Part shown: piece by piece, positions 39,909 through 49,047 of the stretch
Position numbering within the stretch: the first letter of the stretch is position 1
How the letters are laid out: each line of letters opens with the position of its first letter
NCBI GenBank assembly: GCA_964592365.1
Contig: CAZQDL010000003.1
Coordinates: forward strand, 2,186-66,185
DNA: 64,000 nt
From: an uncultured Candidatus Saccharibacteria bacterium
GTDB taxonomy: Bacteria > Patescibacteriota > Minisyncoccia > Phycocordibacterales > UBA1006
Direction: 5' to 3'
The notes under the pieces: model-generated
Seen by the model: the letters and a program-made list of their open reading frames with translations, nothing else
Database searches by the model: none
What the model was told of the DNA's origin: nothing
Made by a program: the position numbers and the translations under genes

Positions 39909-41144
39909 ATGAAAACAATATTTGAAAACATACAAGAATCAATTCTTGAAGCAGGAAAACGACTATCACTAGATGAACGTATCATTAAGCAAATAACCAC
40001 TCCACATAAGATAATCGAGGATACGGTTAATGTTCCTAGTATTGGAGACGTTGATATTTATAGGGTTCAATTTAACAATGTATTGGGTCCATACAAAGGT
40101 GGAATTCGATTTCACCCAGAGGTAAATATAGATGAGGTAAAAGCTCTTTCTATCACCATGATGCTTAAATGCTCACTTGTAGGTATTCCTTTAGGTGGGG
40201 CAAAAGGAGGGGCTTCAATAGATGCAAAAAAACTTTCGCAAGTGCAATTAGAATCAGTATCTCGTGCATGGATACAATCAATGCATACATATCTTGGGGT
40301 AGATAAGGACATTCCTGCTCCTGATGTGAATACAAATGGTCAGATTATGGCTTGGATGCTTGATGAATACGAAGTCATTAATCAAAGGTCAGAGCCAGGT
40401 ATGATTACAGGAAAACCACTTTCCTTAGGTGGTTCAGAAGGAAGAGTTACTGCAACCTCTCAAGGAGGTGTTCATGTACTTCTTGCAACACTTGAAATGC
40501 TTCCATTAAAAGAAACTACTCGAAAGGTAATAGTTCAAGGTTTTGGAAATGTAGGTTCCTTTGCTGCAACAATGCTTCATGATCTAGGATTTAGTATCGT
40601 AGGTATATCAGATAGTTCAGGCGCACTGTATTGTGAACAGGGAATTGATCCTTATGCAATTTTAAAGGTAAAAGAAAACAAGGAATCTCTTGAAAACTGG
40701 GCGCAAGATCAAGAAGGAATTATATACATATCTAATGATGAATTGCTCATTCAAACATGTGACATCCTTATTCCAGCTGCTTTAGAAGGAGTTATCACCG
40801 AAAAGAATGCAGGTACCATTAAGGCAAGTCATATTCTTGAACTTGCAAACAACCCAACAACCAAAGAAGCTGATGCTATCTTGAAGGAGAGGGGTGTAGT
40901 AGTAATTCCAGATTTCTTAGCAAATGCAGGTGGTGTTAGTGTAAGTTACTTCGAATGGGTTCAAAATAGACAGCAATACTATTGGAAAATAGATAGGGTA
41001 CATGAAGAACTCAAAGAAATCATGACAAAAGCAACAAATAGGGTACTTGCGTATTCAATTAAGAATACACTAACCCTTCGTGAAGCTGCAATTGATCTTG
41101 CAATATCTCGTATTGCAGAGGCAAGTATCCTAAGAGGAAGATAA
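39909..41144 (+). CDS. Glu/Leu/Phe/Val dehydrogenase family (glutamate dehydrogenase-like)
   Basis: GGIRFHP...K.SL...LGGAKGG substrate/catalytic Lys region and NAD(P)-binding GFGNVG. Confidence 0.9.
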   Translation: MKTIFENIQESILEAGKRLSLDERIIKQITTPHKIIEDTVNVPSIGDVDIYRVQFNNVLGPYKGGIRFHPEVNIDEVKALSITMMLKCSLVGIPLGGAKGGASIDAKKLSQVQLESVSRAWIQSMHTYLGVDKDIPAPDVNTNGQIMAWMLDEYEVINQRSEPGMITGKPLSLGGSEGRVTATSQGGVHVLLATLEMLPLKETTRKVIVQGFGNVGSFAATMLHDLGFSIVGISDSSGALYCEQGIDPYAILKVKENKESLENWAQDQEGIIYISNDELLIQTCDILIPAALEGVITEKNAGTIKASHILELANNPTTKEADAILKERGVVVIPDFLANAGGVSVSYFEWVQNRQQYYWKIDRVHEELKEIMTKATNRVLAYSIKNTLTLREAAIDLAISRIAEASILRGR

Positions 41145-41185
41145 AATGCGGTTCAACCGTTTTTTTATTTGAAAAAAAAGGTACA

Positions 41186-42643
41186 ATGCGAACCATGGAA
41201 AATAAAACGGTATTACGATTTGAAAATGTAACCTTTAAATATAGTGAAATACACACTATTTTAGATGAGGTGAATTTCTCTATTAAACGTGGATCAAAGA
41301 TTACCCTTATGGGACAAAACGGTGCTGGAAAATCATCGCTCTTTAGTATGATCATGGGAGAAAGAGAAGTTAATGAGGGAAGCATTCATATTGCACATGG
41401 AAGTACTATTGCTATTGCAAGACAGGTAATTCCAAAGGAACAGCTTTCACTTACGCTTCGAGATTTCTTCCAAGCTCAATTTGATGAAACAATTTACAAC
41501 ATTGATCCAAAGATTGATGAGGTATTAGAAACAGTAAACCTGAAAGCAGATAAAGAGTCATTAATATCATCTTTTTCTGGAGGCCAACAAGCACGAATAC
41601 TTCTTGCGTCTGCGTTGATTAAGAAACCTGATATTCTTCTTCTTGATGAGCCAACTAACAATCTAGATCATAGTGGGATTACTCATCTTACTGATTTTCT
41701 AGTTAACTATGACAAGACGGTAATCGTGATTTCACACGATGCTGATTTCCTTAATGAATTTTCAACAGGTGTTTTGTATTTAGATATTTTCACCAAAAAA
41801 ATTGAACTATATGTCGGAAACTATTTTGATGTAGTTGAACAAATAGGAGCACGAGTACTCAAAGAGAAAAGAAAAAATGCACAGCTTGAAAAAACAATTC
41901 AGCAGAAGAAGGATAAGGCGAACTTCTTTGCAAACAAGGGAGGAAGATTACGTGCTTTAGCAAAACAGATGAGAGAGGATGTTGAGGAGTTTGAGGATAA
42001 CAAGGTTGATGTACGTAAGGAAGATAAAACCATTCGTAAATTTCATATACCAAACCAACAAGAAGTAACAGGAACTCTCATGCGTATAAGTTCATACACA
42101 CGTATGAACAAAGGTAAAGAAGAACGAAAAGATGCTTCCATTGATATCAAAAAGAATCATCACTTAAGAATCATCGGACCAAATGGAATAGGGAAAACTA
42201 CTTTATTAGAGAAAATTGCACGTGCTGAAGATCAAGGAATCACACTTCACGAAAAGGTAAAAATTGGCTACTACCGACAAGATTTTAGAGGTCTTGATAT
42301 GAATAAAACAGTGTACAGTGAACTTGCATCAGTCATGCCTAGACTCGATGAACAAAAACTTAGATCAGTAGCCTCTGGCTTTCTAATAGGAAGTGAGTTG
42401 ATAAACAACACTATTGGTACTCTTTCTGAAGGTCAAAAAGGTCTTGTTGCATTTGCTCAACTTGTTTTACTTGAACCTGGACTATTGGTACTTGATGAGC
42501 CAACCAATCACATTAACTTTAGACACCTACCTGTTATCGCAGACGCTCTTGATGCATATGAAGGAGGTATGATCATCATCTCCCACGATGAAGAATTTAT
42601 GGAATCAGTAAGGATTGATGAGATATTTGATCTTGAAAAATAA
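41186..42643 (+). CDS. ABC-F family ATPase (two NBDs, no TMD)
   Basis: two Walker A motifs (GQNGAGKSS, GPNGIGKTT) and two LSGGQ-like signatures with a short linker. Confidence 0.8.
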   Translation: MRTMENKTVLRFENVTFKYSEIHTILDEVNFSIKRGSKITLMGQNGAGKSSLFSMIMGEREVNEGSIHIAHGSTIAIARQVIPKEQLSLTLRDFFQAQFDETIYNIDPKIDEVLETVNLKADKESLISSFSGGQQARILLASALIKKPDILLLDEPTNNLDHSGITHLTDFLVNYDKTVIVISHDADFLNEFSTGVLYLDIFTKKIELYVGNYFDVVEQIGARVLKEKRKNAQLEKTIQQKKDKANFFANKGGRLRALAKQMREDVEEFEDNKVDVRKEDKTIRKFHIPNQQEVTGTLMRISSYTRMNKGKEERKDASIDIKKNHHLRIIGPNGIGKTTLLEKIARAEDQGITLHEKVKIGYYRQDFRGLDMNKTVYSELASVMPRLDEQKLRSVASGFLIGSELINNTIGTLSEGQKGLVAFAQLVLLEPGLLVLDEPTNHINFRHLPVIADALDAYEGGMIIISHDEEFMESVRIDEIFDLEK

Positions 42644-42668
42644 AAAGCATGCAGAAAGCATGCTTTTT
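42643..42668. terminator. bidirectional terminator
   Basis: AAAAGCATGC-AGAA-AGCATGCTTTT. Confidence 0.85.
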
Positions 42669-43054
42669 TACAATAACGATGTCTTCTTTTTCCAGACTTC
42701 TTCGTTGTATAGATTTTCAATTTTCTCGATACGATCTTTTAAATATTGATCACATCTTGTTTTTTCATTTTCAATCTCCTCCTTGTTCTTTCTGTAGAAA
42801 TCAATAGCTGATTCCTCCCATTTTCTTAGTGAAATCTGATAAATAATAACAATAGCAACGATGCCAAAGATAGAAATATAAAACAACAGAGTAACTACCA
42901 GACTAACAAGTTTACCTGAGTTCAACTCATCTACTAATGAGATGAGAAAGATTCCAAAGAATAGTACTGACAGGTATATTAAGACTGATGCAGTCAATAT
43001 CTTCTCTGCTTTCAAATCTTCAAAGAGTGCGGTGATTTCTTTACTTAGCTCCAT
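42668..43054 (-). CDS. hypothetical membrane protein
   Basis: two TM helices then a charged coiled-coil-like tail; start chosen at MELSKEI. Confidence 0.4.
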   Translation of the reverse strand: MELSKEITALFEDLKAEKILTASVLIYLSVLFFGIFLISLVDELNSGKLVSLVVTLLFYISIFGIVAIVIIYQISLRKWEESAIDFYRKNKEEIENEKTRCDQYLKDRIEKIENLYNEEVWKKKTSLL

Positions 43055-43247
43055 AAATAATATTTTTTTAAAGTTTCTTAAATAAATTAAACCATATATA
43101 AAAGATATCCACAAGTATGTAATTCATATATCTTTTTATTCCTTTTCATGATATTCTCTAATTAGATTTTGAGACAAGAGCCGTAAAGAGTATTTTTTTG
43201 GGTATTTGAGTTGAAGGATCGTTAAACGAAATAATATAAGAAATATA

Positions 43248-43643
43248 ATGAATGACCGACAAATGTTCCGAGGAAATTGGACATGTGCAGAATGTTCTGC
43301 AGATATTAATGAACTACCATTCCAACCAAAAAGTGGGGATGGTCTAAAATGTAACAAGTGTATGCGTTCTACTCGACCAGAACGTGTAATGATCGAAGGA
43401 AACTGGGGATGTAAAGATTGTGGAACATCAATCACACAACTTCCATTTACTCCTGAAGATGATAGCAATGTTACTTGTAGAGATTGTCATATGAAAAACA
43501 AACCTGCACGACCAGCACGACCAGAACGAAGAATGTTCAGAGGTGATTGGGAATGTAAGGACTGTGGTTCTGACATCAACGAACTACCATTTGAACCTCG
43601 TGACCCATCTTCAGTTAGCTGTCGAGATTGTCACAGTAAATAA
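43248..43643 (+). CDS. tandem triple zinc-ribbon protein (3 x CxxC-x17-19-CxxC repeats)
   Basis: three about 40-aa repeats MFRGNW-C-x2-C-...I-x-LPF-x-P-...-C-x2-C-H/M; 131 aa; family not assigned. Confidence 0.6.
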   Translation: MNDRQMFRGNWTCAECSADINELPFQPKSGDGLKCNKCMRSTRPERVMIEGNWGCKDCGTSITQLPFTPEDDSNVTCRDCHMKNKPARPARPERRMFRGDWECKDCGSDINELPFEPRDPSSVSCRDCHSK

Positions 43644-43668
43644 AAAAACACCGTATGGTGTTTTTTTA
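43644..43668. terminator. bidirectional terminator
   Basis: AAAAAAACACC-GTAT-GGTGTTTTTTT. Confidence 0.85.
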
Positions 43669-44373
43669 TTATCCCTTTAGAACTTCTGGATCAGCAAACA
43701 CTGCATCTGCAAAGTTCCAAAATGCCTCATTACCAGCCTCTTGCCCTATACAGATAGAAGCACGAGCAGCAGGTTCTGCCTGAGGATGGAAATCAAGTGG
43801 TAAGTGTCGATATACCCATTTCACATTTGGGAATTCAGCAACCACCTTTTCAAGTTCTGGGTGAACTCGAGCACAGAATGGACATTCAAAATCAGAATAT
43901 TCAAAGATAGTTATAGGTGCATTTGCATCACCTTTAAAGAAATCTCTTTCTGCATCAAATGGTCTTATATCAGCACCTTGTGGAACAGCATCAATTTCAT
44001 CTTGTCGTAAGTCACCTGAAGTTGCTCTGGTAAGGATATCTGCAAAGGCTTCAAATGGATATGCTCCTGGTAGGGAAACAAGAGTTCCATCTTCAGTTTG
44101 AATAACATTGAAAGGTGTTCCTTGTCCACCTAATCGTCCAGCTTCTGCAACTTCTTCTTGAACACGATTAGCAACTTCTTCTGATTCAAAACAAGTATTA
44201 AAAGTATTCTTTCTAATTCCATATTCTTTTGCTTGTGCTAAGTAGAAAGCATCAGGCCCTGTTGCTTCTGGTTGCTTATGTGCTCCTGAAGCAATCAGAA
44301 ATACTGATAGTACGGTTCCAATAGCACCAAGTGCCAAGGCAATATTAATTTTTTGGTTATTTGTTATCTTCAT
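43669..44373 (-). CDS. membrane-anchored DsbA/BdbD-like thiol-disulfide oxidoreductase, apparently circularly permuted
   Basis: N-terminal TM anchor; then a segment resembling the C-terminal third of DsbA/BdbD (…GGQGTPFNVI…); then a linker; then the N-terminal two-thirds including FEYSDFECPFC (CPFC active site). Confidence 0.65.
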   Translation of the reverse strand: MKITNNQKINIALALGAIGTVLSVFLIASGAHKQPEATGPDAFYLAQAKEYGIRKNTFNTCFESEEVANRVQEEVAEAGRLGGQGTPFNVIQTEDGTLVSLPGAYPFEAFADILTRATSGDLRQDEIDAVPQGADIRPFDAERDFFKGDANAPITIFEYSDFECPFCARVHPELEKVVAEFPNVKWVYRHLPLDFHPQAEPAARASICIGQEAGNEAFWNFADAVFADPEVLKG

Positions 44374-44456
44374 ATACTTGCTATTCTATCAACATCACAG
44401 TAATCAGTACATTGTCAGTATCTAAAATACTCAGTAGAATAAATAAAAAACAAAGA

Positions 44457-44915
44457 ATGAGTTCAAAAACACTATTCATTAATTCATGGGAGTATGAAAA
44501 AATGAAAAACTACGAAAGTATGTCATGTGGAATACAACTTCCATGTATTGAAAGTACAACTCAGATGGTTAGATATGCAACTATCCAAATGAATAGAGAG
44601 TTACAGTTAGCATTTATAAGTGAGCTTGATATATTGATTAATATATTTCATTACTGTAATAGAGCTATAGCAAAAGTGTACCCTAATACTTCTGACTACA
44701 CTGTTTCTGATAAAAATAGGTTCATTAGTGATAACGCATCTTTCTTTCGAAAGGTTAGATCAGTGGGTAAGGAAGGTTACACTATTCTTTTAGGGCATGA
44801 AGTTCTGTATATTGAAAACAATATAGATACATCTATTACTTTACAGGAAAATGAGATTCTCATTATTCCGAGGATCGTACATAGTTCTTCTCCTAAATTT
44901 ATTATTTCACGATAA
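44457..44915 (+). CDS. hypothetical protein, possible cupin-like fold
   Basis: C-terminal GHEVLYIE...ILIIPRIVHS weakly resembles cupin motifs; start moved to MSSKTLF to avoid overlap with the dsbA-like start. Confidence 0.3.
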   Translation: MSSKTLFINSWEYEKMKNYESMSCGIQLPCIESTTQMVRYATIQMNRELQLAFISELDILINIFHYCNRAIAKVYPNTSDYTVSDKNRFISDNASFFRKVRSVGKEGYTILLGHEVLYIENNIDTSITLQENEILIIPRIVHSSSPKFIISR

Positions 44916-44968
44916 AGCCTGAATATCTTTAGGCTTTTTCTTATGACATATCATGATATTCTATACAT

Positions 44969-45508
44969 ATGCTTAACTATCTTTATTCACTAATGAAACA
45001 GAAGAAATTCTCTTTGATTTTAATTTTTCTAATATCAGCAGTAGTATTATTACTCGTTCCTCAATGGCAGGTGATTGTACGAACACTTTCACTTTTTGAT
45101 TTTTTCTCAACTGAAATGCTTTCATCCTTATGGTATTTTTTAAAGACTGCATTTCTTTCCATGAATGCTCTTGCACAAATTATTTTTATAGGAACAAGTA
45201 TATTGTTAAGTCTAAATATTATTCTCCTTATTAAATATATTCAGGTGTATCGTAAATTGTTAAATGTTCAATCTACTGGACTAAGTGCTTTCGGTCTCAT
45301 TGCAGCAGTATTCACCACAGGATGTCTGTCATGTAGCGTTATATTCATTGCTCCTTTGATAAGTATTTTTGGAGTTTCAACAGGCCTTTTTATATCAAAT
45401 AACTCACAAATCATTGCATTTCTTGCTTTGATAAGTATTGGATTTTCTTGTTTTCTCTTACTAAAGAAAATAACTGATCCTCAAGTTTGTAATACCAACT
45501 ATGTCTAA
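44969..45508 (+). CDS. hypothetical polytopic membrane protein
   Basis: 4-5 hydrophobic helices; TGCLSC motif; no family assigned. Confidence 0.45.
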   Translation: MLNYLYSLMKQKKFSLILIFLISAVVLLLVPQWQVIVRTLSLFDFFSTEMLSSLWYFLKTAFLSMNALAQIIFIGTSILLSLNIILLIKYIQVYRKLLNVQSTGLSAFGLIAAVFTTGCLSCSVIFIAPLISIFGVSTGLFISNNSQIIAFLALISIGFSCFLLLKKITDPQVCNTNYV

Positions 45509-46361
45509 TCTTAATGAATTACAAAAAGAAATCGAAAACTATGAAGCTATGATGCTTCATAGTGATTTTTGGGATAACAAGGAAGAGGCTCAGCGTATTA
45601 TAAAAAGAATAAGTGAACTTAAAAATGAAATCGAAGGGGATAAGAAATACGATAAAGGTAACGCTATCATTAACATCTATGCAGGTGCAGGAGGGGATGA
45701 TGCTGAAGATTTTGTTCGAATACTATTTGAAATGTATCAATCTTTCATTACCAAGAAAAATTTAATTCTTAATATTCTTGATAGTTCACCAAACACGATT
45801 AATGGATTTAGAAGTATATCTTTTGAAATACTTGGGAAAAACTCATATGCACTCCTTAAAGATGAGTCAGGGGTACATCGATTGGTAAGAAAGTCACCTT
45901 TTAACAACAAAGGAAAGCGTCAAACATCGTTTGCTCTTGTTGAGGTACTACCTGAAGTAAGTCCTACTGATTTCAATTTAGAAGAATCATCCCTTGAAGT
46001 CTCTTTTGCACGTTCAGGAGGAGCTGGAGGGCAAAATGTAAATAAGCGAGAAACTGCTGTAAGAATGGTACATCCACAAACAGGTATCTCTGTATTTATT
46101 TCAGAGGGTAGGACACAAGAGTCAAATAGAAGACGTGCACTTGATATTATGCGAGCAAAGCTGTTTTCAAAACACCTTGAAGATGAAGAAAAGAAGAGTA
46201 AAGGTCTAAGTATCGGAGACAAAGTAAGCATTGAGTGGGGTCAACAAATGAGATCTTACGTATTTGATCCCTATCAAATGGTAAAAGATCACAAGAAAGA
46301 TGTAGAAACGAACAAGGTAGATGCTGTATTACAAGGGGATTTAGAAATATTTGTAAGCTAA
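45501..46361 (+). CDS. prfB: peptide chain release factor 2 (short N-terminus, no programmed frameshift)
   Basis: SPF tripeptide (VRKSPF) and GGQ (SGGAGGQNVNK) in one continuous frame; 286 aa. Confidence 0.85.
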   Translation: MSNLNELQKEIENYEAMMLHSDFWDNKEEAQRIIKRISELKNEIEGDKKYDKGNAIINIYAGAGGDDAEDFVRILFEMYQSFITKKNLILNILDSSPNTINGFRSISFEILGKNSYALLKDESGVHRLVRKSPFNNKGKRQTSFALVEVLPEVSPTDFNLEESSLEVSFARSGGAGGQNVNKRETAVRMVHPQTGISVFISEGRTQESNRRRALDIMRAKLFSKHLEDEEKKSKGLSIGDKVSIEWGQQMRSYVFDPYQMVKDHKKDVETNKVDAVLQGDLEIFVS

Positions 46362-46389
46362 TTTTAATTTGTGATAAAATAACAAACAT

Positions 46390-47064
46390 ATGATTGACTT
46401 TAAAAATTTATCGAAGACGTATCGTTCTGAAAAGGCATCGCTTCACGATATCAACTTATCAATAAAGGAAGGGGAATTTGTTACCTTAGTTGGGCACTCA
46501 GGTGCTGGAAAAACTACTCTAACAAAACTACTTCTTGGTGAAGAAACACCTTCATCAGGAAGTATATTCTTTGATGGTATTGATATATTTTCTCTAAAAC
46601 AAAGAGATATTCCGAGATATCGTCAAAGAATTGGTGTTGTGTTTCAAGATTACAAACTTTTGAAAAATAAAACCGTATTTGAAAACATAGCTTTTGCAAT
46701 GGAAATGATAGGGAAAGATGATGAATCTATCGCAAAAGATGTTCCAAATGCTCTTGAGCTAGTAGGCTTAGCTGACAAAGAAGATTCATTTCCTGATGAA
46801 CTATCAGGTGGTGAACAACAAAGACTTGCTATTGCACGAGCAATTATTAATCAACCTGATTTATTAATCGCTGACGAACCAACTGACTCACTTGATGTTG
46901 AAAATGTAAAAGCAGTAGTTCAAATACTAAAAAAGATTAATGAATTAGGAACAACTGTTATCTTAGCTACTCACAACCCAGATGTGGTTAAGCAGCTTGA
47001 TGATCGTATTGTCATTTTAGAACATGGTCGTATCCTTAAAGATACCCTTAAAAACAAAAAATAA
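46390..47064 (+). CDS. ftsE: cell division ABC ATPase FtsE
   Basis: Walker A GHSGAGKTT, LSGGEQQR signature and Walker B LLIADEPT; followed by ftsX. Confidence 0.9.
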   Translation: MIDFKNLSKTYRSEKASLHDINLSIKEGEFVTLVGHSGAGKTTLTKLLLGEETPSSGSIFFDGIDIFSLKQRDIPRYRQRIGVVFQDYKLLKNKTVFENIAFAMEMIGKDDESIAKDVPNALELVGLADKEDSFPDELSGGEQQRLAIARAIINQPDLLIADEPTDSLDVENVKAVVQILKKINELGTTVILATHNPDVVKQLDDRIVILEHGRILKDTLKNKK

Positions 47065-47065
47065 T

Positions 47066-47989
47066 ATGTCTATAACTATTGATATAAAAAGAATATTGCA
47101 TGAAGGATGGGTTTCATTTAAACGAAATAACATTGTTTCATTTGCATCGGTTGTTGTGATGACCATGTCTATGCTTGTGTTAAGTGGAGTACTTTTCCTT
47201 AATGCAATTCTTGGATTTTCACTAAATCAACTCGAAGAACGAGTAGATGTGAATATTTATTTCTATCCTGATACACCAGAAGAAGAAATAATAACTCTTG
47301 CAGGTTCTATTGAAGAACTTCCTGAAGTACGTGATGTAACTTATATTTCAAGAGATGAAGCTTTTGAAAACTTCCAATTACGTCATGCAAGTGACCCTCT
47401 TATCCAGCGATCACTTGATGAGCTAGGTGGAAATCCTTTAGGGGCATCATTGAATGTTCGTGCCTTTGACTCAACAACCTATGAATCTATTGTAAAAAGT
47501 ATTGAATCACAGCCAGTTGTTGCAAATGCGAATTTCGTAGAAAGAATTAACTATTACGATAACAAAGGACTTATCGAACGTCTCAATGAATTCAGTTCAA
47601 TTGCTCAAACTGTTGCTTATGCTATTACCATGTTTGTTGCAGGAATTGCTGTGTTGGTAATTATCAGCACCATTAGAATTGCTATTTTCTCATCAAGAAA
47701 TGATATCGTGGTTAAAAGATTAGTTGGTGCTGAACATAGATACATTAGAGGACCTTTTCTTGTGCAAGGTGCAATATATGGGATCATTGGTTCAATCCTA
47801 ACCTTACTTGCCTTGTTTCCAATCACCTCATGGATTGGAAAATACACAGAAAGTTTCTTTGGTGGAATGGATATTTCTTCATATTTTATGACAAATATTT
47901 TCCAAATATTCTTTATCCTTCTTGCTGTTGCTGTTCTTTTAGGAATGCTTGCAAGTGCATTGTCGATAAAAAAATATTTAAAGGTGTAA
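47066..47989 (+). CDS. ftsX: cell division permease FtsX
   Basis: TM1, large extracytoplasmic domain, three C-terminal TM helices; ATG 2 nt after the ftsE stop. Confidence 0.8.
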   Translation: MSITIDIKRILHEGWVSFKRNNIVSFASVVVMTMSMLVLSGVLFLNAILGFSLNQLEERVDVNIYFYPDTPEEEIITLAGSIEELPEVRDVTYISRDEAFENFQLRHASDPLIQRSLDELGGNPLGASLNVRAFDSTTYESIVKSIESQPVVANANFVERINYYDNKGLIERLNEFSSIAQTVAYAITMFVAGIAVLVIISTIRIAIFSSRNDIVVKRLVGAEHRYIRGPFLVQGAIYGIIGSILTLLALFPITSWIGKYTESFFGGMDISSYFMTNIFQIFFILLAVAVLLGMLASALSIKKYLKV

Positions 47990-47994
47990 TATAT

Positions 47995-48025
47995 AAAAAA
48001 CAATACTATGAAGTATTGTTTTTTA
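47995..48025 (+). terminator. rho-independent terminator
   Basis: AAAAAACAATACT-ATGA-AGTATTGTTTTTT. Confidence 0.8.
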
Positions 48026-48130
48026 TATGATTGAGAAATTAAGAATTTGAAATATAATGAATGAGTTGAAAGCTCATATGATTCTTGAGATTGCATCAAC
48101 TTAAAGTTATAATAATAAAAAACAAAGTTA

Positions 48131-48247
48131 TGGAACAAGCACCAAAAAAACAAGAAGAGAGTAACAATCCTTTTGGTTTAACAAAAGAGGAATTGGATGA
48201 TTTGTATAACGATGACCCAAAAGATTTTATGAAAGGACAGCATTAAT
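48131..48247 (+). CDS. possible small hydrophilic ORF (38 aa, MEQAPKKQEESNNPFGLTKEELDDLYNDDPKDFMKGQH)
   Basis: ATG to TAA ORF in the ftsX-pilin spacer; no supporting signal. Confidence 0.15.
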
Positions 48248-48298
48248 TTATATTGCCGTCCTTTTTGTTTAGCTATGTGTAGGTTATAATACCCACAT

Positions 48299-48799
48299 AT
48301 GAGATCAAAAGGATTTACCTTAATTGAATTACTCGTAGTTGTTGCAATCATTGGAATATTGGCAACCGTGGTATTAGCATCATTAGGAAGTGCACGAGAG
48401 AAAGCTCGTGATGCGAAACGACATGCTGATATTAGAACGATAAAAAATCAACTTGAACTCTACTATCTCGACAACGGAAGATATCCTACTTTTGGATGGA
48501 GAAGCAGTAGTAGTCAAGCGGAATGGACATCGTTTAGCAATGCTCTTGGCATTTCTGCACCTGTTGATCCGGTTAATACGGGAGCACCTGCAAATGGAGG
48601 AGCTTCAACTGGATTTACCTATTCATACTATGGTGCAGGATTCGGGTGTGACGGACAATGGTATATGTTGGTATACAAGCTTGAAAGTGATCCTAACCCT
48701 GTAAGTCCAGGAGTAAAGAGATGTGATGCTCCGACCTCACCATTTAATTATACTGGAGGTTCAAGAATCACTACTGGAGTGAATAATATTCTCGATTAA
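48299..48799 (+). CDS. type IV pilin-like protein (prepilin-type N-terminal cleavage/methylation domain)
   Basis: [22 protein letters not shown] class III signal peptide; 166 aa. Confidence 0.8.
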   Translation: MRSKGFTLIELLVVVAIIGILATVVLASLGSAREKARDAKRHADIRTIKNQLELYYLDNGRYPTFGWRSSSSQAEWTSFSNALGISAPVDPVNTGAPANGGASTGFTYSYYGAGFGCDGQWYMLVYKLESDPNPVSPGVKRCDAPTSPFNYTGGSRITTGVNNILD

Positions 48800-48813
48800 T
48801 GGTTAGAAGAAAA

Positions 48814-48839
48814 AGTCTGGTAATAACCAGACTTTTTTT
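48814..48839 (+). terminator. rho-independent terminator
   Basis: AGTCTGG-TAATAA-CCAGACT followed by T7. Confidence 0.85.
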
Positions 48840-48840
48840 G

Positions 48841-48914
48841 TGGACCCGACAGGACTCGAACCTGCCACCTCCTCAGTGCAAGTGAGGCGCTCTAGCCAGA
48901 TGAGCTACGGGCCC
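48841..48914 (-). tRNA. tRNA-Ala (anticodon TGC)
   Basis: revcomp folds with acceptor GGGCCCG/CGGGTCC including the G3:U70 alanine identity pair; anticodon loop CTTGCAC; T-loop TTCGAGT. Confidence 0.9.
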
Positions 48915-48919
48915 AGATC

Positions 48920-48951
48920 GTTAGTTTAAAGAATTAATTAATTAAACTAAC
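48920..48951. repeat. 10-bp perfect inverted repeat GTTAGTTTAA / TTAAACTAAC around an AATT-rich 12-nt centre
   Basis: read directly; lies between the tRNA-Ala 5' end and rlmB. Confidence 0.5.
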
Positions 48952-49047
48952 TGATTCTCTAAAGAACAACTGCGAGCATTATAAACAACTCAATAAAATA
49001 TGCAAGATTGTCTTTTATTTTTCTAAATAATAAGTACACTCATAACT

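Noticed and set aside
41143-41172. Terminator after the glutamate dehydrogenase gene
   Set aside because: Only a weak 5-bp stem (CGGTT/AACCG) before the T-run; not reported as a confident feature
43136-43468. 110-aa - strand ORF
   Set aside because: Antisense to the triple zinc-ribbon gene, whose repeat structure and terminators make it the real coding strand
45440-45520. Possible programmed frameshift site for prfB
   Set aside because: No CTT TGA C heptamer or SD-like stimulator; the overlapping upstream ORF is an unrelated membrane protein
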